A stretch of 64,000 nucleotides of DNA from an uncultured virus (IMG/VR IMGVR_UViG_3300011223_000001) (taxonomy: Duplodnaviria > Heunggongvirae > Uroviricota > Caudoviricetes): positions 186,001 to 250,000 of the IMG/VR virus record IMGVR_UViG_3300011223_000001. One strand, written 5' to 3'. Position numbers and translations under genes: made by a program. The notes beneath the pieces are model-generated. The model was not told the origin of the DNA, did no database searches, and worked only from the letters and a program-made list of their open reading frames with translations. Below are positions 12,091 to 20,616 of the stretch, one piece after another (the stretch's first letter is position 1; every line of letters begins with the position of its first letter).

Positions 12091-12672
12091 ATGAAATGGC
12101 TTTCTGCCGTAGTGCTAACTGTATTGGTTGCAATGGCTGGACCGGTCATGGCGTGCAGTCTGGTAGACTCAGGGCTACCCGACGATGTTCGTAAAGAGCT
12201 CGAACTCAAATGCCTGCAAGCCAGAAAAGCGGTCGCCGAAAAAACAGGTAACGCCGCCATGGATTCTCAGGTGTCTCAAATTTCCAATTATGCCGGCATT
12301 GCCACCGAAGTGGCCAAAGCAGTCGGCTTGGCGGCTAAGGAACTGGGTATCGCCGCCAATGAGTTCATCCTGACACCCGCCGGCATCATCACCATGCTGT
12401 TTGTGGTGTTCAAGGTATTTGGCAAGCTGTTCGCTATGATTGCTATAGCCATTGCAATCAATCTGATCATCTGGCGTCTGGTAAAAAGGATCTGGTACTA
12501 CGAATCCGGCGAAACCATGGAAGTGGTCGGTTGGTTTGGTTGGGGGAAGAAAACCATCCCTGTCATAAAACGCACCACCTACCAAGCGGCCACCGACGGA
12601 CAAGTGATTTTGACGCTTTTCCTTGGCATCATCGCTTTGGGTTCACTGATCATGATTCCTGTATCCAGCTAA
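12091..12672 (+). CDS. Membrane protein with N-terminal signal peptide
   Basis: AGGAG SD; MKWLSAVVLTVLVAMAGPVMA signal-like N-terminus; about three hydrophobic helices. Confidence 0.75.
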   Translation: MKWLSAVVLTVLVAMAGPVMACSLVDSGLPDDVRKELELKCLQARKAVAEKTGNAAMDSQVSQISNYAGIATEVAKAVGLAAKELGIAANEFILTPAGIITMLFVVFKVFGKLFAMIAIAIAINLIIWRLVKRIWYYESGETMEVVGWFGWGKKTIPVIKRTTYQAATDGQVILTLFLGIIALGSLIMIPVSS

Positions 12673-12696
12673 GTTCTACTTGGCTAGACTATGTAT

Positions 12697-12795
12697 GTAG
12701 AAAAGCCTGTACTGTGGTCCCCAACCTTTTAGGTCGTAGGCGAAAACGTGCACAATGCAGGCTATTCACATCCCGCTCTTCGGAGCGGGTCTTTA
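12697..12795 (+). ncRNA. Candidate small RNA (~95 nt)
   Basis: TAC-N14-TATG promoter motif; closing stem AGCCTGTA/TGCAGGCT (12704-12711/12756-12763); UUCG terminator 12772-12789; no credible ORF inside. Confidence 0.5.
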
Positions 12796-12829
12796 TGCTG
12801 TCTCACACTATCCCTTTAAGGAATATCTC

Positions 12830-13474
12830 ATGTCTTCGATCACTGTAACTAATCTGCGTCCTGACCTGTTCTTAATGCCCGGCACTAAAGCCGATGGCTC
12901 GGACAGTAAGGTACAACCGCGCCGGCGCATCTATGACGCTGAAACCGTACGACTGGCGATCATTGCCGCGATGCAACCAAACGGCATGTTCTCGGCCTAC
13001 CATGTGCGCGGTTATGCCACCGAATGGACGGTGGGTTGGATGAGTCGTGTATCGGCTAAAGAGAGCAGCAAGGTTCATGAGGTGTGGATCAACGCGGTAG
13101 AAGTCGTTACCAACACCAACGTGGCTGGCCCCTATGTACGGGTAGCTGCACGCACCACCAAGACCACCGCAGACCAAGTCTTCTTGGAACGCGCTGCGGC
13201 TAATCCAACCTCCCCCTTTATCCTTGCCACCGGCGATGGGTGGGTGGCGATACCGCCGTTGGACAGCGATGCTCCGTTCGAGCCTCGGATGCGCCCTATC
13301 CAGCGCACCCTGTACGCAGACACCATCGAAGTGACGGTGCCGTTCCCAGGGCATGAAGGTCAGGAACTCACCGAAGAAAACTCGTTCAAACTGCTGGTGC
13401 CCGCGCAGGGCGATGCACGCTTTGCTGAAGTCATTGACATCGCCGAGCTCAAGCGCCGCGGCGACCTACTGTAA
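12830..13474 (+). CDS. Hypothetical protein
   Basis: TAAGGA SD; 214 aa. Confidence 0.75.
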   Translation: MSSITVTNLRPDLFLMPGTKADGSDSKVQPRRRIYDAETVRLAIIAAMQPNGMFSAYHVRGYATEWTVGWMSRVSAKESSKVHEVWINAVEVVTNTNVAGPYVRVAARTTKTTADQVFLERAAANPTSPFILATGDGWVAIPPLDSDAPFEPRMRPIQRTLYADTIEVTVPFPGHEGQELTEENSFKLLVPAQGDARFAEVIDIAELKRRGDLL

Positions 13475-13482
13475 GGATACTC

Positions 13483-13893
13483 ATGGAAATCCCATTCCTG
13501 AAATATTTCGACAATCCGGCTTACTACAAGAAGCCACTGCCAGTCGAACTGGCCGCGTCTCGCCAGTGGCAGTTGGTATACGGTGAATTCCGTGCACCGA
13601 AATACATGGCCGTGATGCGTCACTACATGGCGAACTTCGACTGGGCTAACGTCAAGGAATCGGACGTTGCGCTGGCGATTAAGCTACTGATGGTATGGAT
13701 GTCCATGTCATCTAACCGTCTGCGCGAATGGCCGACGATGCATGAAGCATTGAAGACGTTCTCCAACAGGCTGGTTAATGAATACCACGATCTCGTCTTC
13801 CGTTACATGCCCAATACGAAGATCTCGTGGATCGACGATGACATCGAGTGGTTCGTAAACATCGAAGAACCATATGAGGCTTTACAACGCTGA
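13483..13893 (+). CDS. Hypothetical protein
   Basis: TAAGGA SD; 136 aa. Confidence 0.75.
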   Translation: MEIPFLKYFDNPAYYKKPLPVELAASRQWQLVYGEFRAPKYMAVMRHYMANFDWANVKESDVALAIKLLMVWMSMSSNRLREWPTMHEALKTFSNRLVNEYHDLVFRYMPNTKISWIDDDIEWFVNIEEPYEALQR

Positions 13894-13900
13894 GGTAGTT

Positions 13901-14071
13901 ATGGTTCGTACGTTCGATCTGTCCAAGTTACGCCAACAACAAACCCCGGAGCAGCTTGCCGGCAACCGTGAACGTTCACTGCAATTCGTAGAACGGTTCC
14001 AAAAGGCGCAACGGGCGTTGGAAGAACGGTGTGCTGAGTTAGGCATCCCCGTTCCGGTTTTGGTCTGCTAA
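13901..14071 (+). CDS. Hypothetical protein
   Basis: GAGGT SD; 56 aa. Confidence 0.55.
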   Translation: MVRTFDLSKLRQQQTPEQLAGNRERSLQFVERFQKAQRALEERCAELGIPVPVLVC

Positions 14072-14097
14072 GTTTTACTGAGCAGGTCATGGTATAC

Positions 14098-14445
14098 GGG
14101 AAGAACTGCACCCCATCGTAGTTCAACCTGTGTCTTGATTGCCAAGTGTCCCTAACCTGGACGCATAATGCCACGCTTGGTAATCTCGGAGCCGTTGGGA
14201 CTTGTGACCAAGGGCATAAACCGTAGGGCGTCGAAACAGTTGGTCTGTCAACTGTCAGATACCCGGGAGGCGACGCGTCAAACCTGAAAAAGAGGATATT
14301 GCGGCTAGGACAGATACCTACACGCAACGCTGTCCTCGTGACGAGCCTGAAGCGCATGAAGGCAATCGGACCACTTGAGTTTGTCTTAGGTGGTTATCTA
14401 GCGGAAAGCATAGCCCGCCCTTCGGGGCGGGTTTATGCCTTGTTT
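14098..14445 (+). ncRNA. Candidate large structured ncRNA (~340 nt including terminator)
   Basis: TAC-N14-TATAC upstream; helices 14103-09/14118-24, 14137-49/14173-85, 14228-33/14271-76, 14236-42/14249-55, 14307-13/14330-36, 14369-79/14385-95; UUCG terminator 14409-14438. Confidence 0.7.
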
Positions 14446-14514
14446 TTGTATTTTCGAATATTGCAGTAAATAAATACTGCGGGTGTAATGGTATACAGAA
14501 ATACAACGATTTCA

Positions 14515-14610
14515 GTCCCTGTAGTTCAATGGTTAGAGCATGCACACGTCCTTAGGCTAGCTGGTCTTTCGTGTGTTGGTCGGTGGTTCAATTCCACCCA
14601 GGAGCGCCCA
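14515..14610 (+). ncRNA. tRNA-like RNA with expanded anticodon loop
   Basis: Canonical D arm (GTTCAATGGTTAGAGC), T arm (GGTGGTTCAATTCCACC), imperfect acceptor stem and 3' CCA; 7-bp anticodon stem closes a 21-nt loop. Confidence 0.75.
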
Positions 14611-14677
14611 ATGGAGGCAACATGCCAATCTACACTGAGGTAAGAGTTCGATTGTGACCTTAACAGGAGCAATCGAA

Positions 14678-14854
14678 ATGGCACGTTCAAGAAAAGAAGG
14701 TGGGACTCGTCGCGATGGTCGCGAGTACTGGTCCCGTCGCCCTAACTGCAATGGTGCGGTAGGTAAGTTCGCTAAGCGGATTATCCACGGTCAAGAGCGC
14801 TGTATCGCTCGCGACATCACCCGCCATGAAGTTAACGCTCATTTCTCGGAATGA
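14678..14854 (+). CDS. Small basic hypothetical protein
   Basis: AGGAG SD; MARSRKEGG..., 58 aa. Confidence 0.6.
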   Translation: MARSRKEGGTRRDGREYWSRRPNCNGAVGKFAKRIIHGQERCIARDITRHEVNAHFSE

Positions 14855-14903
14855 GCATAGCGCCGGGGTCACCCCCGGCTCTTATTCCGTCTGGAGTAAT
14901 ACC

Positions 14904-15479
14904 ATGAGCTTCATGACCCGTTTGCGTGAGACACAGGCCAACGAAGAACAACGTATGTTGGCTGAAGAACAAGCGAAGTTGTTCCAGGATTTCATCGCTG
15001 ACTACCCGGATGACCCCCTGTGGCCGATCGTGGCGGCTATGCAGGCAGAGCACGCCAAACCTGAATGGAATGGTCAGCACGGTGACGCCATCGCTCAAGT
15101 GGTGCAAAACCCCGGTAACCAAGGTACTGCCTTGGTATGGAACCGTTGTCTGGCAGATGGCCCGTATCCATTCCTGTCGGTGCAATCAGTAGCCCGTCCC
15201 GTGCCGGCACTGCACCAAATCGCACCGTCATCGGTGCTGGACGATATCCTGGCTGTGGTTCAGGATATCAACATCTATGACACCGGTAAGCTGTCGGCCA
15301 AACTGGTTGAGATGGCCTTCTCTGCCTTCAAGGAACTGCTGGTAACAGCTATCGATGCAGACCCTGAGGAGAACACTTACTTCGTCCAAGCCTACACCAA
15401 AGACCGTAAGTGGATACTCGACATTCAGCTGTACTACAATGTTGTTTACACCGGGCATCAACAGGTCATGCCGCAATGA
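14904..15479 (+). CDS. Hypothetical protein
   Basis: GGAG SD; 191 aa. Confidence 0.7.
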   Translation: MSFMTRLRETQANEEQRMLAEEQAKLFQDFIADYPDDPLWPIVAAMQAEHAKPEWNGQHGDAIAQVVQNPGNQGTALVWNRCLADGPYPFLSVQSVARPVPALHQIAPSSVLDDILAVVQDINIYDTGKLSAKLVEMAFSAFKELLVTAIDADPEENTYFVQAYTKDRKWILDIQLYYNVVYTGHQQVMPQ

Positions 15480-15745
15480 AAGCATTTTACGTCCAAGCGC
15501 TCGACAGTCTGATCACCAGCAGCATCGAGCTTTATAAGAAGAACGGCCAGACCATTTTTAACCGACTAATACAAGTGCCAGAAGGCGACCGTGTAACCTC
15601 AGACCTGATCGCCCGTGTCAAGCACTGGGGTGGTGTAATGGGGGTCGAGATCAACTATCGCGAGCGAACGCGTGCGTTTCATATGAACATCGATGTGCAC
15701 GCTGTTCGGCTTACTCTGGCTCAGGCACAAACCCTGACTGCATAA
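15476..15745 (+). CDS. Hypothetical protein
   Basis: ATGA overlap with upstream stop. Confidence 0.65.
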   Translation: MKAFYVQALDSLITSSIELYKKNGQTIFNRLIQVPEGDRVTSDLIARVKHWGGVMGVEINYRERTRAFHMNIDVHAVRLTLAQAQTLTA

Positions 15746-15756
15746 GGAAAGACACC

Positions 15757-16257
15757 ATGTCTGAATTGGCTACGATCCACGCATCGATGGATGCCGTGAT
15801 GCAAGCATTCCAGCACTCCAGTGAAAAGCATGCCCACATGGTCGAACACTGTGGGATGTCTACCTGGTTACATGACTACCGCACCATGGGTTTCCACACA
15901 CCTCGTCAGAATGGCGCAACTTCTTGGATGCTGAAGCGTCTGCTTACCGAACCGGATGCTTTGCTGGTATCTAGGTTCCGTGAACAACTGATCGTAAACT
16001 TCAACGCAGAAGGTGTATGTGATGTGATGGGTCATAAGCGGACTATCATATCCGTGGAAGACCAAGCAAGGATCATTGAACCCTACGACCTGTCTCAGTG
16101 GGTAAAATCGGGACAGGTCTTTGACAAACCACTTAAACTGATCCTGTTGGACAGTTCCTGCACGGTGTTCAACAACGTGCGTATCAACAGGTTTTATGAT
16201 TGGTTGGCGATGTGCCCGGGTGTCACAAAAGACACGCAGATCATCCGCATGAACTAA
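15757..16257 (+). CDS. Hypothetical protein with degenerate P-loop-like segment
   Basis: TAAGGA SD; FHTPRQNGATSW and LILLD segments. Confidence 0.7.
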   Translation: MSELATIHASMDAVMQAFQHSSEKHAHMVEHCGMSTWLHDYRTMGFHTPRQNGATSWMLKRLLTEPDALLVSRFREQLIVNFNAEGVCDVMGHKRTIISVEDQARIIEPYDLSQWVKSGQVFDKPLKLILLDSSCTVFNNVRINRFYDWLAMCPGVTKDTQIIRMN

Positions 16258-16345
16258 TCACCTAACCTCAGCACAATCATCATTCTGAAATCACACTACG
16301 TCAGAATCGCCATCGAAACGGTTGAAGGCTATCAACCACCCGGCG

Positions 16346-16419
16346 AGGCATGTAGCTTAGTTGGTAGAGCAAACGGCTTTTAACCGTTATTGCGCAGGTT
16401 TCGAAACCTGCCATGCCCG
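16346..16419 (+). tRNA. tRNA-Lys(UUU), atypical
   Basis: Cloverleaf with anticodon arm AACGG-CTTTTAA-CCGTT; A1:C72 mismatch, 8-nt T loop, no encoded CCA. Confidence 0.8.
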
Positions 16420-16440
16420 CTCTCTGACATGGTGAAACGA

Positions 16441-16899
16441 ATGAAGAATGAAGTTGCAGTCCTGACTCTCCCTGCGGTAAACCGCGTTATCCGTTCCATT
16501 GGTTTCGAGGAGGTAATACTCAGCGATCGATGGACGAATGGCGATGAACGTGAGGGGTTGGTGATTGTGCTGGAGTCCGGTTGGCGTGTGGTGTTGGTGG
16601 ATCGGTGTGGGCAGTGCTGCTGCGAACACCGGTACATGAGCACTGATGACGACCTGGATTCTCTGGTAGGCGAAACGCTGGTAGGTATCCGCCACGGTGG
16701 ATGCAATGAAGATGAGGAAGATGAATACGGCGGTGTTGTTGAGGTCGAATTCGCTCTGATTCAGACTGACCGCGATTCCGTGACGATCGGTACCTACAAC
16801 TCCCATAACGGCTACTACGGTGGCCTGGACTTGGCGTTGGTGGTGTACGATCCTGATGGGAACAAGGTAGTTGATCACGTATCGTTTACTGGAGAGTGA
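16441..16899 (+). CDS. Conserved phage hypothetical protein (QxCCE...HNGYYGG family)
   Basis: GQCCCEHRY..DDLDSLVG...HNGYYGG pattern; followed by a UUCG terminator near 16903-16930. Confidence 0.7.
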   Translation: MKNEVAVLTLPAVNRVIRSIGFEEVILSDRWTNGDEREGLVIVLESGWRVVLVDRCGQCCCEHRYMSTDDDLDSLVGETLVGIRHGGCNEDEEDEYGGVVEVEFALIQTDRDSVTIGTYNSHNGYYGGLDLALVVYDPDGNKVVDHVSFTGE

Positions 16900-16945
16900 T
16901 CGGGGGCCTTCGGGCCCTCTTTCTTTTATTCCGTTTGGAGGCACT

Positions 16946-17647
16946 ATGGAAAAGCTCACACTGGGACACATGAACTGGGCACTGTCAGAAGAGATCGAGT
17001 TCTGTGAGCTCGTGGGTGATTTGTCCGAAGGCGTCTACAGCTGTAGTTTTAACGATGATACCATTTTCCGGGCCGCGTTCTTGGGTGAGTTGGACGAGGA
17101 CATCAAAACCACCTGCTCCTTCGAGCGTGAACGCTGCATGGGGCTGATCGGTCACTACGGGATTGCCGAAGGGGCTTTCGGTGCTCGGATCATCGAACTC
17201 ACCCGTAAGTTCGGCGGTTGGCCAGGTACTTGGGTAGGGGCGTTGATTCCGCTCTATGAGCTTGAGCCGCGCTACCGGGAAGCCTTGGTTGCACCAGAAC
17301 ACCGCGACCTGTTGGAGCTTAAAGCGGGCACACAGTACAGTCTGGAAACGTACATCCTGGACTACCCGGACGGAAAGCAAGTGTTCGTTACGGTTGACAA
17401 AAACCCAAGCAAGGGTGAAATACCGCACTTTCGTTCGAATGGTAAACCGGGGGAACTGGCAGTCCGTACCGACGTGGACATCGGTGAAGACGATGTCGTT
17501 ATCGAGCTGACGCTGGACTCTAAGCTTATGCGTATCACTGAACGCAAAGCGCAGATCGTTCGACGTGAGTTCAAAGACGGTAAGCACATCGAAAACAACA
17601 CGGACTTGAACATCCACAGCATAACCATCCTCATGAGTCCTCAGTAA
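16946..17647 (+). CDS. Hypothetical protein
   Basis: GGAGG SD; 233 aa. Confidence 0.75.
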   Translation: MEKLTLGHMNWALSEEIEFCELVGDLSEGVYSCSFNDDTIFRAAFLGELDEDIKTTCSFERERCMGLIGHYGIAEGAFGARIIELTRKFGGWPGTWVGALIPLYELEPRYREALVAPEHRDLLELKAGTQYSLETYILDYPDGKQVFVTVDKNPSKGEIPHFRSNGKPGELAVRTDVDIGEDDVVIELTLDSKLMRITERKAQIVRREFKDGKHIENNTDLNIHSITILMSPQ

Positions 17648-17952
17648 TGTCCCTCACCGCAACTATGTTGAAAGGTTTCCAACTGGTAATGCCCGATGGC
17701 CGGCGGCATGACCTCAACTTTGATACGCCGGCACCCTTCAAAGAGAAAGACGGGTTCTCCATCCTCAGCATTGAACTGGAGCACCTCGAATGGGACCTGC
17801 GTGTGATTGTCCAGATCAGTCATCTGGATGGTAGTGTCGCCAAAGAATGTGTTGGTACGCATAAGGAAACCGGTGCTAAGCATGAGTTCATCTTCATGCC
17901 GTTCTTCGAAGGACGCGTCACCAACCTCAACCGTCGCCCTGTAGGGCAATAA
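17647..17952 (+). CDS. Hypothetical protein
   Basis: TAATG coupling; 101 aa. Confidence 0.65.
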   Translation: MSLTATMLKGFQLVMPDGRRHDLNFDTPAPFKEKDGFSILSIELEHLEWDLRVIVQISHLDGSVAKECVGTHKETGAKHEFIFMPFFEGRVTNLNRRPVGQ

Positions 17953-18053
17953 CTAAAAGACCGGTTAAAGCATTACCCTGAGTCTACATTGTACGGGGCT
18001 CAACCAGCACCGTTTCCAGGTACCCCGAAATTCCCTTCTACTAAGGAACAGTA

Positions 18054-18497
18054 ATGAGCAAGAAGCCACAAGCACACAAGTACCGCATCGAGTTCAAAGG
18101 TACTGACGTCGTACTGGAAGACGTTCGATTTGTCCAAATCCCCACCAGCGGCAACGTATTGCCCTACACCCGTATCGAGCAACATCACTCCGGTGCGTGG
18201 ATGCTGGTCCACATGCCTGGGGGTCTGTTCAATGAGATCCCGGCTGAAGGCATCGAGGTGGTGATCAATCGCCAAGGTGAGAATCGCTACCTCTACACCG
18301 AAGACGATGATGGCTGTGGCATCACCCGTCGTATCACTAAAGCTTCCCGTGTGCTCGTTGCACCCAAGGTCTTCCATCTCGACTGTATCGAGCGTCATAC
18401 GCAACTGCGTAGCGACTGGCGTTTAACCTACAGTCCAGCCCTCATCGAGGAAACCACAAAGGTCAAGTCGATCTTAATCCAACCGATGGTGGCTTAA
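18054..18497 (+). CDS. Hypothetical protein with apparent internal duplication
   Basis: TAAGGA SD; two similar halves (IEQHHSGAWMLVH / IERHTQLRSDWRLTY). Confidence 0.7.
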   Translation: MSKKPQAHKYRIEFKGTDVVLEDVRFVQIPTSGNVLPYTRIEQHHSGAWMLVHMPGGLFNEIPAEGIEVVINRQGENRYLYTEDDDGCGITRRITKASRVLVAPKVFHLDCIERHTQLRSDWRLTYSPALIEETTKVKSILIQPMVA

Positions 18498-18515
18498 CCA
18501 TTAGGGGTCTTCTCG

Positions 18516-18776
18516 ATGCATGAAGAGTTTATTGCCCGTGAAATTGTTGACATCCTCACCTGGATGTTTGCAGACGGTGTAACACTCAAAGGACTACATG
18601 GTCGCATCGTCGGAGTCAATCCCGAGTGGTTGACGGTCTACGGCATGCCGGTGGTTGGTGATTTCTGGCTTGTTGATCGGACGGGTAAGGTGTCGCTCTG
18701 TAGGCGGGAACAATTCCTCGCCAATTACGAGCATGTGGCTGGTTGGCGGTATCGTAAAGTCCGTCACCCTGGCTGA
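18516..18776 (+). CDS. Small phage protein (PxxGD[FY]..DxxG..C...F...YE type)
   Basis: 86 aa; PVVGDFWLVDRTGKVSLCRREQFLANYE. Confidence 0.55.
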   Translation: MHEEFIAREIVDILTWMFADGVTLKGLHGRIVGVNPEWLTVYGMPVVGDFWLVDRTGKVSLCRREQFLANYEHVAGWRYRKVRHPG

Positions 18777-18899
18777 AAAGTTCTACACCCCTGTTCTTAC
18801 TATACGGGACTAGCCCTCACCGGGCTAGCCTCGCGCACAAACGGATATTGATAATAGGGCAACCGGGTAATCCCGGCTTATGCCCGTCACGGAGAAACC

Positions 18900-19100
18900 A
18901 TGCACCGACACACCCTCGATGATGACCTTAACCACATCGAAAACCTGTATGCTCGACAGCGTAGCCGTAACTCGCAGCCGTTCGTCATATGGTCCACATC
19001 AACACCCAAGGCAGAGCACCACCTTAACCCTAGCAGTCCTGCCCTGCACCAACCCAAACCCACTGTCACCACCCCTAGCTACACCCCTAGGACGCGCTGA
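18900..19100 (+). CDS. Small hypothetical protein behind a two-hairpin leader
   Basis: GGAG SD; TAC-N14-TATAC promoter at 18784-18805; leader hairpins CTAGCCC/GGGCTAG and GGGCA..TGCCC. Confidence 0.5.
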   Translation: MHRHTLDDDLNHIENLYARQRSRNSQPFVIWSTSTPKAEHHLNPSSPALHQPKPTVTTPSYTPRTR

Positions 19101-19117
19101 CCCACGAGAGAAATACC

Positions 19118-19252
19118 ATGCCTAATCAACCCCAGAGCTACCAGCTGATCAGAAAACACCGTGAAGTACAGGAGGTCGGCAGCATGCGTTTTAAAGCGCG
19201 CCCGCAAACTGTAAAACTGGTTTTCCCCACTGCGGAGGTTAAGACGCAGTAA
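19118..19252 (+). CDS. 44-aa hypothetical protein
   Basis: Read from sequence (MPNQPQSYQLIRKH...); followed by terminator GAAACGACAGGC/GCCTGTCGTTTC-Tn. Confidence 0.5.
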   Translation: MPNQPQSYQLIRKHREVQEVGSMRFKARPQTVKLVFPTAEVKTQ

Positions 19253-19326
19253 TCACTTCGCTTAGGGGGAGAAACGACAGGCTCGCTCCGGCCTGTCGTT
19301 TCTTTTTGAATCCACTTACTTTGAGA

Positions 19327-19343
19327 ACTATATTGTCTTTGTG
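19327..19343 (+). promoter_or_regulatory. Early-type promoter (variant)
   Basis: ACTATATTGTctttgTG. Confidence 0.5.
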
Positions 19344-19389
19344 AATAAAGTACACCCCCTGTGTACTGCCTCCTTTTAAGGAAGAAACA

Positions 19390-19851
19390 ATGTACAATGT
19401 TAAAAACAACCAATGGGCCATTCCAGAACTTGGGCTGCTGAATATCCCCGAGCACCTGCAACGGCAGCGTGATGGTTGGGCAATTGAAACAGACAAGGAT
19501 ACCTGGTGGGTGTGGCGTGATGTTGATCACGGGCACAACTACATGGACAGTCTACGTGAGGCGGGAGCCTTTGCAGTGACGATCGGTAGCTTACCCACGG
19601 ACGAAGCGCGTGCAGCGAACAAACTGCTGCGCCAAGACCGCCTAACACAAACCGGTGTACTGGGTGTGTTTTTCCGTTCGGGGTTAAAACAAGCGTACCA
19701 TGTGATCATTGATGGTCAAGACGTAGCCTTCCCATATAACGACGGTAAGGGTTTTACGGCGGCACTGCGGGGATTAGAGAAACTGATCTCTGCCGAGACC
19801 CGTGAGTTCGTTCGCAAAGCTGACGTTAAAACTACAATCCGGCTGGCGTAA
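19390..19851 (+). CDS. Hypothetical protein
   Basis: TAAGGA SD; 153 aa. Confidence 0.7.
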   Translation: MYNVKNNQWAIPELGLLNIPEHLQRQRDGWAIETDKDTWWVWRDVDHGHNYMDSLREAGAFAVTIGSLPTDEARAANKLLRQDRLTQTGVLGVFFRSGLKQAYHVIIDGQDVAFPYNDGKGFTAALRGLEKLISAETREFVRKADVKTTIRLA

Positions 19852-19915
19852 TCAAATACTTCCCCTCCCAATCTAGGGAGGGGATTATTCCGTTTTTTTA
19901 TTTAAGGAGGGAAAC

Positions 19916-20071
19916 ATGAGCGTCATCGACACGATCGGTGCCATACTTGCAGCCGGTACACTGATCGTGGTGGGTATTGGAGGTGGGATTGATTGCCTTA
20001 AGCGCGGTTACCGCGCATGGCGCCAGTGGCGTAAAGCCAAGAAGCACCGTCGCCGGACCATCACCAACTAA
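19916..20071 (+). CDS. 51-aa single-pass membrane protein
   Basis: TAAGGAGG SD; hydrophobic helix followed by Arg/Lys-rich tail; not in ORF track. Confidence 0.65.
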   Translation: MSVIDTIGAILAAGTLIVVGIGGGIDCLKRGYRAWRQWRKAKKHRRRTITN

Positions 20072-20105
20072 AAGCCCTTCGGGGCTTTTATGCCGTCTTT
20101 TTATT
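20069..20105 (+). terminator. UUCG terminator of the TATGCCGTC family
   Basis: TAAAAGCCC-TTCG-GGGCTTTTA-TGCCGTC-Tn. Confidence 0.8.
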
Positions 20106-20158
20106 TTTTACGCAAATTACCTGATCTATGTAAGTAAATCCCTTAAAGGAAAACGAAT

Positions 20159-20590
20159 GTGATCGGGTTCATTGATTGTGAGTTCAATGGCGGGCATGGT
20201 GAGCTGATATCCATGGCTATCGTCAGTCAAGATGGTCAGCGGGTATTCTACGAAGTCGTGGAACACAAACAACCCACCGTGCCATGGGTGGTGGACAATG
20301 TCATGCCGATCCTGGACAAACCACCCGTGGCAATGAGTGTCTTTAAAGAACGACTCAAGAAGTTCTTGGACGCCTTCCCCAAACTCACGCTGATCGCCGA
20401 TCACGCTGCTGATCTTTTCTACTTCACCCAAACCATCGTCGGCGCCGAGGGGTGGATGATGGTGGACTATCCCTTGGAACTTCGTGTTGATCCTGAGATC
20501 TCTGCGAAAAAATCCACACGCAAACACAATGCTTTAGAAGACGCCAAGGCGCTTCGCCTATCATGGCTCCAAATCAACGGCCTCGCTTAA
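20159..20590 (+). CDS. DEDDh 3'-5' exonuclease (Rv2179c/RNase AS-like)
   Basis: FIDCEFNG..ELISMAIV; AD..AD; HNALEDA. Confidence 0.75.
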   Translation: MIGFIDCEFNGGHGELISMAIVSQDGQRVFYEVVEHKQPTVPWVVDNVMPILDKPPVAMSVFKERLKKFLDAFPKLTLIADHAADLFYFTQTIVGAEGWMMVDYPLELRVDPEISAKKSTRKHNALEDAKALRLSWLQINGLA

Positions 20591-20616
20591 CACAACAAAC
20601 TAAGGAATGAACTTCC

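Noticed and set aside
14548..14570. CTA/TTA in the expanded loop as a suppressor anticodon implying genetic recoding
   Set aside because: Not in a 7-nt loop context, and known enzymes here are full-length under the standard code with all three stop codons in use.
14098..14610. tmRNA, group I/II intron or RNase P identity for the structured RNAs
   Set aside because: No tmRNA-type ends or tag ORF, no group I P7 or complete group II domain V, no RNase P P4 5' strand. The tRNA-like element has a full D arm, unlike tmRNA.
15757..16257. Terminase-like RQNG Walker A
   Set aside because: Catalytic Lys absent (RQNGAT) and protein far too short.
18866..18886. CCCGGCTTAT resembling the RNase P RNA 3' end
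   Set aside because: No upstream GAGGAAAGTCC partner; explained by a local leader hairpin.
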